From assembly GCA_905178155.1 (NCBI GenBank), contig CAJINV010000002.1, forward strand, positions 6,490,476 through 6,554,475: a DNA stretch of 64,000 nt, read 5' to 3'. Positions 39,501 to 51,500 of this stretch are shown here, piece after piece. The DNA comes from Amoebophrya sp. A120 (taxonomy: Eukaryota > Protista > Dinoflagellata). Numbering within the stretch: position 1 is the stretch's first letter; every line of letters begins with the position of its first letter. The notes under the pieces were generated by a model. It saw only the letters and a program-made list of their open reading frames with translations, was not told the DNA's origin and made no database searches. The position numbers were made by a program, and so were the translations under genes.

Positions 39501-42500
39501 TCACGAAGGAGATCGCCACGACGGATACGGAAGGGAATGTTTTGACGACTCTGGACTCGGTTTCTTCCTTGGCGGTTTACACAGTAGCCGACGGGTTTGC
39601 GAAAATCCTGCAGGAAGCGAAGATGTTGGACGGTGGAAACAGCTATCAGCAGCAGCGACTCGTGTACGGGGCGGACGGGCGGCAGGTCAATCTCGACGGA
39701 CAGAACCCGTCTCTGAACTCGTGGCTGACGGGTCAGGGAAATGATAGTACCGGTACAAATGGGATGAACACGACAGCGCAAAATAATAGTCCAAATGCAA
39801 CAAACGACAATGTGCCCTATCCGAACTTCCAATCGGTTGAGGAAACGTACGACGACGACACGCCGCCGGAAGTAAGAGCCGCGGCCGGGATGGATTTCGT
39901 CTTAATTCGCATGTCGAACATCATCACGCAGCTGCGCGTCGCGAAGGCGCTCGAGCAGCAAAACGGCGAGAATGCGGCGTTTTTCGAAACCGAGTTGTCC
40001 GGTATGAACCCCGTGCAGGAGACGATTGTCAACACAGAAGTCGCGAACGTCTTCCGCGCGGAACGGGATGAGCGACTGGATGAGTCGCAGAACCTCATGA
40101 TCGACAAAGCCTTGACCAAAGAGCGCGGTATCACCGTCGTCCAGGGTCCGCCCGGGACCGGGAAGACGAAGGCAGCGCAGTGGCTGTTGCTCTGCCTGAC
40201 GGAGAAGGAAGACCGAATTATGGCCACCGGCCCGACGAATCAATCGGTGGAAGAACTCGCCTCGAACTACCTGCAGAACCCGGTCGTCCGGGAGATGCGG
40301 CGAAAGAACAAAAGGCTTTTGAACCCGTTGACGTTACCCCACCAACCGCCGCTCGTCGAGGTGATTGAGGACTTTTCCAAGGATATGATCGTGTGCTCGC
40401 GGAACAAGATGAACGTGAACACGATCGAGACGAAACTGAAGCAGGAGGGGACCAGCACCGATTTGTCGAAGTGTATGATCTACAAGCGGGGCGACGAGCT
40501 GGTCGTGTTTCTCTTGAGAATGTACGAGGCGGTGGACCAGGGCATCGAAATGTGGACGAAAATACCGCTCAGCATGCTCTTGGAGTCCTGTTACCTCTAC
40601 TACGAGGAACATAAGAATCGGATCGCTTTCGGGAACGTGGAGCCGCAACAGCGGGAGCTCTACGCCGATGGGACCTGGCAGTTTAAATTTTCCAAAATTC
40701 ACCTGTGCGCGAAGGCGGTCATCCAGAAGGGCAAACTCGCCGACGTCGTCATGGAGTTCATGCAGCAGAAAATTTTACGGAAGTTGTGGGAGCTTCGCAA
40801 GGAACTGGAGCCGCACATTGTGGCGAGCCCCCAGAATATCAGATTGATGAGCATCCGGCGGGTGTTGGAGGACATCTGGCCCAGTGTGCAATTTGGAGAA
40901 GACGACGAAGAAGTGATCAGGAGGTGCAAAAGTAAATGGTCGCTGATCAAGTCCTGGAAGCAATTCACGGACAACATTGTGCAGAAATTGCGCGATCCGG
41001 CAAGACACGCGACCGCGTCGTCGGCGGCCGCGGGGGGTGCTGGAGCTAGTACCGGAAATAGTAGTAGTAACCAAGAGCTCGATGTGGCGCAGATCATTCT
41101 AGAGGCGGAATCCTCGGGAAGACTGGCGGATCAGTACGGGAGGAAGCGTATGGATTGTAAAAATGTCTGGGTCTGGAAGAATGCAACTTGTAATGCGTAT
41201 TTCAGAACACAGAAAAGTCTCTCATGCATACGTAGCAAAAGCTCCTACTTTTTGTCTCGCCAAATAGGGGATTTGTCATGCGGATTCGGCATTGCGGAAG
41301 GTTCTCGAAACCTGTGATGCTAGAGCTTCCATGCCAGACCTTCTGTGTCATGCAAAGACAGCATGACTCTTCCAGACCCAGACATTTTTACATTTGATAA
41401 AGCGGGCGTTTGAGCTATTCGGCGTCGACGACATGGACCGCGGGTGGGTGGATTTGAACAGACAGGAAAGTCATGAGGATGATGATACGCAACTACGCGG
41501 TGACAACGAAGATTCCAACAGCGCAACATCTTCCGCTGCTGAGGATCATGGCACGACAACCAACAACCTCGGCATTTCCTCCGACTTCAGGCAACGGGTG
41601 AACACTTTGCTCAAGGGGAAAGGAAAGAAGGGGAAGAAGGGTGGGAAAAAAAGTGGTAAAAATGACCGGTCTGCCTACGCGGCGTACATCAACACTATGG
41701 CGACGACCCGCTACGCGGAGATCCGCAAGACGCTACGGCTGAAGGAATTTTGCGGGAAAGACCCGGAAGAGGTGAGCACGAAAAATATGAAGATGTTCAT
41801 GCAGGACTCCCGGGTCATTTTCTGCACGGTAAGTGTCGGGGGGCGGGGCACGTTTGAACAGCTGTACTTCTCGTGTGTCTTAATCGACGAAGCGGGGATG
41901 GTGCCCGAGGCGGAGTCCGCGATTGTGATCAAAGATACGACCCGACGACTGATTCTCATCGGCGATCCGCAGCAGTTACGGGCGACCGTTATGTCGAATG
42001 TTTGTCAGAACTGTCTCTACGCTCGATCTCTGATGGAGCGGCTGATGAATTTCAACGGGTTTCCGGCGCACAGATTGCGATTGGAGTACCGGATGGAAAG
42101 AGAGATCATGGCGTTCCCAAACAAAGTTTTCTACGAGAACGTCCTGCAGATCTCGAAACAGGTGCGGGAGAGACGACACCCCTGCATGGCGATATTGCGT
42201 TCGAAGCAAGACCTCTACGACGCCCAGCACATTGTCCCGGCTTTGAAGCAGCAGGATTTGCGGCAGAGGGTGGATGAGGATGAGGAGATGGAGAACTTCG
42301 GACAACAAGTCTCCGCCGCAGCGGGGAACGACGAAAGTGCCAGGGTCGCGAACGTCGCGACCATGTCCTCGATGTACAAGAGTGGCCGGATCAACTGCTT
42401 CCAAACGTTGGTCTGGATCGACACCTCCAGGTTGAACCACCGGCAGGATATACGGACGGGGGGCAGAAGCTTCACAAATCCCAAAGAGGTGGACTTGATC

Positions 42501-45500
42501 ATCGACCACGTGAAGAGGCTAAACCGGAATGTCTGCCTGTTGAAGAGAATCCCGTTTCCGAAGAACAAATCGATCCAGCCGCTACTGTATGGATTGCAAA
42601 AGTGTCTGGGTCTGGATAAGTGCAAGGTTTGTCATGCTAGGCTAGCAAGACTCTTAAGTCTTTCATGCAGGTTACCCAAAGGCCCTGTGATGCAGAAACG
42701 CAGTTTGTCACGCAGAATAGGCAAGAACACCTGGAAGCTCAGAAACTTGTCATGCCGAGCCGGCACTTGTGGCCTCCACATTCTAAGTCACTCAGCATTA
42801 CGAGTTTCCAGACCCAGACATATTTGCATTGCATATACTGGAAGAATTTTCCATCGGCATCACCTCCCCCTATGCGGCCCAAGTGGAGCTACTCCGCGAG
42901 ACCGTCCAATCGGAGTTTGGGTTTGCGCAGGCGACGGAGCGGATCAAAATCCGGTCGATCGACGGGTTCCAGGGGGGAGAAGCGGATATCATGTTGATAT
43001 CCTGCGTCCGGAGCAACGAGAAGAAAGTGGTTGGCTTTTGCAAGAACCCGGCGCGGTTGAACGTCGCGCTGACACGGGCGCGGCTCGCTTTGCACATTTT
43101 CGGCGACAGTGAGACATTGTCTTTGGGGGACCCGAAACACTGGAAGCTCTTTGTCGATTTCTTGCGGGAGAAGGAACTGATTTTTGATCTCGCTGCGCGG
43201 CAACACGCGAAAATCGTGGAGAAGGACGTGACCGGGAGAACCCGAGAGGCTCTCCGCGTGGTCGAGAACGCGCTGAACGCGGGGAATGGGCTCTTAACGG
43301 GTGAAATTTCCCGGCCGACTTTGACGCACAACCCGAACTTGTTTCGCGGCCAGGACGAGATGTCCGCACTGGCGATGCACGTAAAGAAAATGGAATTCGA
43401 AATGCCGAAGCAATTCTTGCAAGGTACGGAACAACAGCGGGAGGACGAAAGTAGACACGAAGATTTGAAGTTCAACATCTCGCCCAACCTCAACAAGCTG
43501 CGCTGGTGGATGGACCCGAAGGCGGAGGGAAATGTTTTCGCGATCGTCTTTTCTGAATTCGCGCAACGGTGGTACAATGCGGGGCAGAGGCTCTTGCAGC
43601 TGAAAATCCTGATCGCCGCGGAAATCGCGGGTTTAGTGAAGGGGGAGAAGATGCGGATCCACCCGGACAGTCAGATCAGGAACTTCAGCGAGGAGGAACT
43701 CGTCAACGCCGCGGCCGAGCACCTCCAAGTTCGACCGCAGATCGCGAACGGTGGCGCAACTGGCGTCGCGGTACAGACGAAAATTACCTCCTCCGGTCTA
43801 GAGTCGTTGAAGTCCATGAACAAGAGGCAGCAGCAGCAGTACGACCAAATGTCAGTCGACATTCTGTGGCACATGCAGATCGACACGGACACGGGGAAGC
43901 AGCTAATTGTCGTTTGGAACATCGTGCACGCCGGGCAGTTCAAGCAGGCGCGGGCGGAACATTTACAGGAGTTGCGGCGGTTCAAAACGGAGTATTTGCG
44001 GGACTGTTTAGTTCGGAAAACAACCGCGAATGCCGGAACATCAAGCGGCAGCGCAGGGGACCAAGGAAAAAAAGGAGCAGGGAAGAAAGGCACTTCGGAG
44101 AAGCAGGCCCGGGGGGTGTTGGTCGTCCCCTACATGCCGATCGATGAACGCACCCAGCAGAGGAAGTACAAGGTGAATTACGATCACTTGAAACCCTTAT
44201 CCAGACAGGAGTACGGGGAGCTGCTCGCGAAGAACCAGAAAGACGGGATGAGCCTCAACCTCCACGGGGAGAAGAACACGATCGGCATCTCGCGGACAAA
44301 ATTGTACGACGTGCACGGTGCGCAGGCGATGCGCTTGCTGATGGCGGACAAACCCGTGATTCTGCCCCTAAAACTTTCCCAGGAGGAGAAGCAGGCGGTT
44401 CGGCACCCGCGGTCCATCTTCGTCCATGGTCGTGCCGGTACGGGGAAGACGCAGGTTTTGGTCGCAAGAGGGTACGAGCACCAAACCATGTGGATCAAGG
44501 AGCTGGAGGACACGGCGGGAGAAGTAGAACATAGCACCACAGCAGCCGCTTTACCTCCCATCGAGGAGGAGCTGGACGAAGAGAAGTTGAAAGCGGAGGG
44601 TTTGAGCCGGATGCAGATCAAGATGCGAATTCTGAAAGCCCAGCAAGCCAGGAAGCAACGCGAGAAGGAAGCGAAGAAGCGCACGCAGGAGCGGGAGAAG
44701 ATGAAAAAGGAAAACTTGAAGCTTGTCCTGTTCGTGACCGCGTCGCCCACATTGGCCATGCAGGTGAAGAAGTTCTATGATGGGCTCTTAGAGTCGTACT
44801 TGGTAGCCGAGAAGAACAAAGACAGCGTTTCCTGGGCGCAACGGGGGGACGAGGTGTTGAAGAAATTGAACATGGAAAAACAGATGGATTTGGAGGGGAA
44901 TCTAGTAGAAGGTGGTGCGACGATTGAAGAAGTTGATGACGATGTTGACCAAGCAGATGAGGAAAATAACAACTTCGACAGCGACGATGACCAAAATGAG
45001 AAGGACGAGCTGAAACTGCTAGAAGATTTATCCCTCTCCGACTACGACGACGCGGATTTTTTGGAGTTCGATCCGGTGGACGAGCAGGTTTTAGCGAACG
45101 CGAAGCCTCTCGAACATTTTCGCACGCCGAAGAACAAAAAATCTTCCTCGTCGTCCAGCGACAACGACGACGCGGACACGTCAGAAATTGTCTCCTCGAT
45201 CGTGTCCACACCGAGTTCCTCGAAGACCTCCCGCGCGGCTAGTTCCACGACGAACGCGCCGGGGTCGTCCGGGGTCGTGTCGAGTGCTGATGTCGTCGGA
45301 ACTACAAATAAGGACGTGACGCATGGTGCAACTAGTACACCGGGTGTCACGAACGACCAGACTGACACGAGCGGGAAAACTTTGCTCCAGTCCTCGACCA
45401 AGTCGCAACACACGGCGAAGAAGAAGTACCGGCAACGGCTTGGTACCAATCATGGGGCAACTTCTGCCACCACCTCCGCTGCGACAGAGAAGAAAAGGGC

Positions 45501-48500
45501 GGATAAGATGATCAAGGATATTTCCAACAAGGACAAAACGGACAATATCCTGAGTAAAAATGTCCCCACACCAGAGTCAAGATGGGAAATCTGCTAGACA
45601 AATCTACAAGTTTTGGCTGTCTTGCATGACAAATTTGGACTCGCAGTGTAGTGCTGTTTGAGCTACCTCAGAAGCATCACAGATCTAATATATCATGCTG
45701 ATTGGAGCATGGCAAATTCCAAAACACAACTAGAAAATGCTTCTCATGGGGATCCGCATGAGAAACATTCTCAACATGCAGATTTGCATTACAACTATGG
45801 CGTGGGGAACTTTTTTCAGTACGATAGACAAGGAGAAGGCGGACGAGGAAGAACTCGTCGCGGCCTACGCTGAGGCCAGTGTTGGGATCGGGTTTGCCGT
45901 ATCAACTGCAAATATGTCTGGGTCTGGAAGATTGCGAGATTTCTCATGCTAGTCTGGCATGACTCTGAACTCTGTGTTGCATGGCCGCGAAGAGCTCCTC
46001 CTCCCTGTCATGCAAAAACGCAGTTTGTCATGCGGAGTACTTACGCAACTGCAACTCAGAGCCATGAAAAAAACCTGTCATGCTTTGCAGCGCATCATAG
46101 TGAGTTCACTATTCCCTCTCTTGCATCACAAGTTTCCAGACCCAAACATATTTGCAAGGCATACGCCCCTTTGACCCCGCAAGAGCGGCAGAAGGAGGTC
46201 GCCCGGATGCCGAAGACGTTCTCCGAGATCCGGGACCGGGCGGAGCACGGGGCCGCGAGTTTGATCACGAATTATTTGCACTTTTTACAGGTGTTAGACG
46301 CCAGTATCGACGACGACGAGGAATTTTTCCGGATAAACAAAACGGAACAGTGGATGGCGGATTTTCACACGCTCCCGCCGGACGAAAACCGCTTCGAGCC
46401 GAAGCACCCGGATTCCGAGGTCAATTTCCGCCGTTTCTGCATCAACTACTACGACAGTCTCCGCGGCGGGGACGCGGATACAGAGAACGCGAGGTCTTCC
46501 TCTTCTTTGATACCGACAAGTAGTTCCAGCAGTCCGCACGGGATTCTCTCGTCCATGGGAGGACAACTGACAACGCCGAACAGTAGTTCCTCGTCTTTGG
46601 ATCAACTCCAAGCGGCACTAGGCCAGCAGCAATTATCCGGAGGCAACATCGGGCTCAAAGAGCTCGTCCGGGGAGTTGCTGCGGTGCCCGATGCGAGTCA
46701 GCTCTTTAAGGAGTTCCACATCATCAAGGGCGACTACCCGCCGGAAACCCGCCAGCACAAAACGGAACTAGACGACGTGTTAGACATGGCGGAGAAGCAG
46801 CACTACGGCGGGAACGCGCGGACCACCGCCCACCGCGTCCGGCCGAAGCTGATGGAGGGCAATCTGGGCCGATTAGACTCTTCGAAAGCGAAGGACAAGT
46901 ATGGGCGCAGGCATCGGGACAAGGACGCGGAAATTTACTTGTTGCAGAAGGAGGGAAAGGATGTCGACACGGAGCAGCTGCAGTACATTGACAACCTCTC
47001 CAAGCAGCAGGAAGCGCTGAAGGACCCGCTGTCGCACATCGGGGAGACGTTGACCCAGAAGCAGTACGTGGACGACCCCCCGGCGGAATCTCTGCTGCAG
47101 AACGCGTCCCGAGCGGACCGGGAGAAGGTGTACAAAGCCTTCGAGAAATACGAAGCGCACAAAAGAAAGCGGAACGAGTGGGACATGAACGACTGCGTGT
47201 CGAAAATTTGGGAGCGGTTGTCGTGGCGGCTGCGGCGAAGGAACGAGAACGAAGACAGGAAGGGGCTGCTGAAGGACAACCAGCTCTACAACGGGCCGCT
47301 GGTTAGTTGCTTGCTATCGGACGAGTCGCAGGATTTGTCCATTTTGCAAATGCTTCTGTTCGCGTTGGTGTGCCAGGACCCGAACGCGTTCACCTTCGCC
47401 CACGACCCCGCGCAGTGCATTGCGGAGGGGCGGGTTTTCAAGCACGCGCGGCTGAAGGATTTGTGGCACGGATTGTACAAGAAGATTCTGAAGCAGGCCA
47501 ATGTCGAGGGCGACACGGAGGAGGAGAGGCAGCAAAAAGAGCGGGACTTCAAGGTCGAAATGCCCGCGGAGATCCACCTCACCCGGAATTTCCGTGCGCC
47601 GCAGCGGATTCTGAACATGGCGCAGGTTTTGGTCGAGATCTGCAAGCACTTCTGGCCGAAGCGCATCGACGAGGCAGCGCCGGAGATTTCGTACGAACGC
47701 GGGGAACTGCCGACGATGGTGGTCGGCGTCTCGGCGAAACAGTTCCGCAACGCCTTGCTGTCCGCCGGTGCGGATGATCCGTTGCTCAGCGGGCAAGCCG
47801 GATCGATTGCGGAGAAGAACCTCCAGGATGCGGAGAAAGCGCTCGCGAACAAGTCGGGAGTGTCGAAAAAGAAAAACAAACAGGTGAACTTGCAAAAGGT
47901 GACGTCTACCACCGCGTTGAAGACGGGGAATGAAGGTACAACTAGTATTAACTCAGCGACCAGCACGACCCCCGGAGCAGTTGTAAGTGCCTCTACTTCA
48001 ACTACCGCTGCAGCAGCCGCGGGGGGCGGGGGCTCCGGGAAAAACATGTTCAATCCTGCAACCAATTCTGGCGGGGGGATCACCACCTTCGGCGCGGATC
48101 AGGTGGTTTTAGTTGGCACGGAAGAGGAGAAAAATTTCGTGGATCAGTTGCTCGGAGATCGCGGGATCGTCGTCTTATTGCCGGCGGAAGCGAAGGGGCT
48201 GGAGTTCAACGACGTCATTCTGTGGAACTTAGTCAGCCGCAGTGGGGTCGACGGGGAAAGGGAAGAGAAAGTTTGGACGGTTCTGTTCGATTTCATGCGG
48301 GCGTGTCTCGCGCAGTCCAATGTGCAGCAACTGAGAGAAGATAATACGAGAAATACTGGTCGTCAACAAGGCCGAACCACTTCTAACACCGCTGCAGCAG
48401 CGTCTTCGAAGCAAACGGAGGCTGAACAAGAGAACTCCGAGGACTTCCCAGACTCCGACGACCTTGAGGAAAACCAGCAAACTGATCAGCAGCAGGGTCC

Positions 48501-51500
48501 GAAGAAGCAAAACTACACGAAGGAGCAACTGGACGTGATCCTGGACCAGTTTGAGCAGAAGGTGATGAAGAAGCAGCGACAGGGCGATAGCAAGGATCAG
48601 GTCACGGAGTTGTGGAACACGCGGCTGAAGGAGCTGATTGTCTGCATCACCCGCGCGAAGAAGAGGCTTGTGATCTACGAAACCGACGCCACCTCTACCG
48701 CCGTGCGGATGTTCCAGACGCTGTACCACGAGGCGCCGCAGACCGGGCTGCCGTTGTCGAAGCGGCAGGTGTTGGATACGTCGGACGTCGAGTCTTTCGA
48801 CGACGACATTCCCTTCGGCGGAGCTGCAGCTGCCGGCGCGTCCCCAGCAGAAATGAACGGGAAAATGGTTTTGGGGAAGCCGCCGACAGCGACCATCGCA
48901 TCATATAACGACGCGCTTGCGAGTTGCGGGTACACGAGGGACCCGCTTTGCTCGTTGGTGACGACGGTCGAGCAGCTAGGCGAAACGGAAGCAGTTGTAG
49001 ATTTCCCGAGAAAGTCTTCGAAGCAGGAGTATCTCCGCAGAGGGCAGGAGTACTACAATAACGAGCAGTTCGTCGAGGCAGAGAGGATGTACCGTGTTGG
49101 GGGCAACATCCCTCTAGCATTGTGGGCGAAAGCCGCCGGCGCGGAGCAGAAGGCGAGGGATGTCGGCGTGGATGTCCGCCGGTTGAACGACGCGAGTAGG
49201 AAGGAAAGGATGCTTCTGTTCCGCGAGTCTGCGCAGTTTTACATGCAAGTCTGGACCACCGTCGCACAGGAGGACAACAATAAAGCTGCTGCCCAGGGCG
49301 GCGGCGGTGGAACAACAACCGCGGTGCAGTTGTCGAAGAGGCAGATGAATTTTGACCTAACGCAGTCCCAATCCAGTGAGCTCGGCGAGCGGGCGCTGAG
49401 ACAGGCCGCGATTTCCTTCGGAGAGGCGGAAGACTGGAAATGCGCCGCCGAGGCTTATGAAATGATTGCGAGCCGGTATTTGCAGCGGAACAGCGAAGAT
49501 ACCCGGCAGTTGTTCTCCCAGGCGGCGGACTGCTACCGGAAGATGCATCTGTTCGAACGCGCGGGGGATTCCTTTAAGAAAGCGGGCAACGACAAAGAAG
49601 CCCTGAAATCCTTCCGGGACGGAAGACTGTGGCACCGTGCGCTCGATTACTTTGAGAACCCGGGAGTGGAAAAACAAAATGGAATGGCGATCGCGGACAG
49701 TACCTTTTTGATGAAGTCACCGGATCTACTTTTGAACAACAACGATAACGAGTTAAACGACTCGAATTTGTTGAACGACCCGCTGCAGAATCAAAACTAC
49801 TTTGACGACAGTGAGTTTCGGCAAATGAAGATTCAAAACGCAAAGCTGATCGCACGGAGAATCGCCCCGATCCCCAACCAGTGCAGCGAGGAGCAGGTTC
49901 TGGCGATCAAGCTTCACTGCGCAACCATCCTGGAACAGGAACTGGAGGAAAACGGCGGGCGGATCTCCTACAACGATTTCGGTGTCTTTCTCGATGACCA
50001 CCAGATCCGGAAACAGTTCTACGAAGAGAAGCAAGATTGGGAGAAAGCCGCGGACGCCCACGAGCGGTGCGGGGAAATCTTCACCGCCATGGAGATCACG
50101 CAGAACCACCAACTGAAAAGCTCGCTGTGCCTGAAATACAAACGACTCACGCTCGCTCGCGACATGAACGACTTGCGCACCTGGTTTGCGAAGAATCCGG
50201 ACAAAATGGAAACCATTCGGGCGAATGTCATGCTCACAAACGACTCGGAGGACGGCGAGCAGCAGCAGCCGCTAATGTGGGACGCGGCGAAGTCGAATAG
50301 TGATATGGAAGCGGCAGAGTTGGAGTTGACGATCCTGTTAAAGGACGTGGGGGCGAGAAGAGGCGTGAAAATGCCGGCGGTGCATCAAGGTACGCAGAAA
50401 GACTATTTTGATAATATGGTCGATGCTTGCAAATTATGAAAAAACTGAATCGCGAGCAGGTGCTGTTTTTTGCAGGTAAAGCCATTATAAGTAGAAAACA
50501 TCATCATCATCATCAATTACAAGTGGAGTATGATGGTTTTCGACAGCAAAAATATTTTTGAACTTCAAAACATAGAAAATATTTTTTTTTTTGCGCGTCC
50601 GACGCAACAGTACTGTCAGCTCTCAGGCCGGTACGTAGGTACGTAGGTACGTTGGTACGTAGGTCGCGCAAAAGCAACGTACCTACGTACCGAAGGACCC
50701 GAATATCCAGGTATCGAAGTAACTACCTCGCGGGACCTACGTACCTACGTACCTACGCGTCCCACACACTCCCGCGACCGGGACCTACGTACCTACGTAC
50801 CAGCACGTCCCACACACTCCTGGTCGGGACCTACGTACCTACGTACCTCGGCACCTGTTCGGGTCCTTCGGTACGTAGGTACGTTGCTTTTGCGCGACCT
50901 ACGTACCAACGTACCTACGTACCTACGTACCGGCCTGAGAGCTGACCTTACTCCGACGCAAAGTTTTTGTAGCCTTCACGCAAAGAAACAACATTTGCAG
51001 TAAAACCGCAGCGTCTCGTCGTGATTCGCGCTTTTTTCATCAAGAGTCACGGTTTCCGCAAAGCGATTATGCGCTTGATAATTTAGAGAATGCGCTTTAA
51101 CGTCATTTGAAAGCAGGAGAATACCGAATAAATTCGAATGTCGAAAATAAAGCACAATTACTTACCAAAATTGACAGCTGCGGAGTCGATCATGAAGAAG
51201 TTTTTGAAGCACAACCAACCCCTTCCCTTCCAGCACGAAGAGAACGACGGTCTGCACCACTTTATCTGTACCCCGATGCCCACCTTCCGCACCACAATTT
51301 ACCTGGCCGAAGCGTTCAAGCAGGCTGTGCAGCTAGATACCGAAATGGACAGCAAAACCCACGCGCAAATCTTCTACATCATCAAGGACCTTGCGTTCAA
51401 GTGCCTGTATGGGATGAGCGAGAACAGTTTCGGTTTGGTGGAGGTGTTGCAGGCCGTGCAGAAGATGCTTCAGGGAGGGGCAGACGGTTTTAACAAAGCA

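Noticed and set aside
36576-46163. Helicase locus as a pseudogene broken by stops and frameshifts
   Set aside because: Every break coincides with an element or a GT-AG intron; the reconstructed frame is intact with catalytic motifs preserved.
50652-50945. 97-aa PTYLRT-repeat ORF
   Set aside because: Translation of the MITE's GTACCTAC micro-repeats inside an intron.
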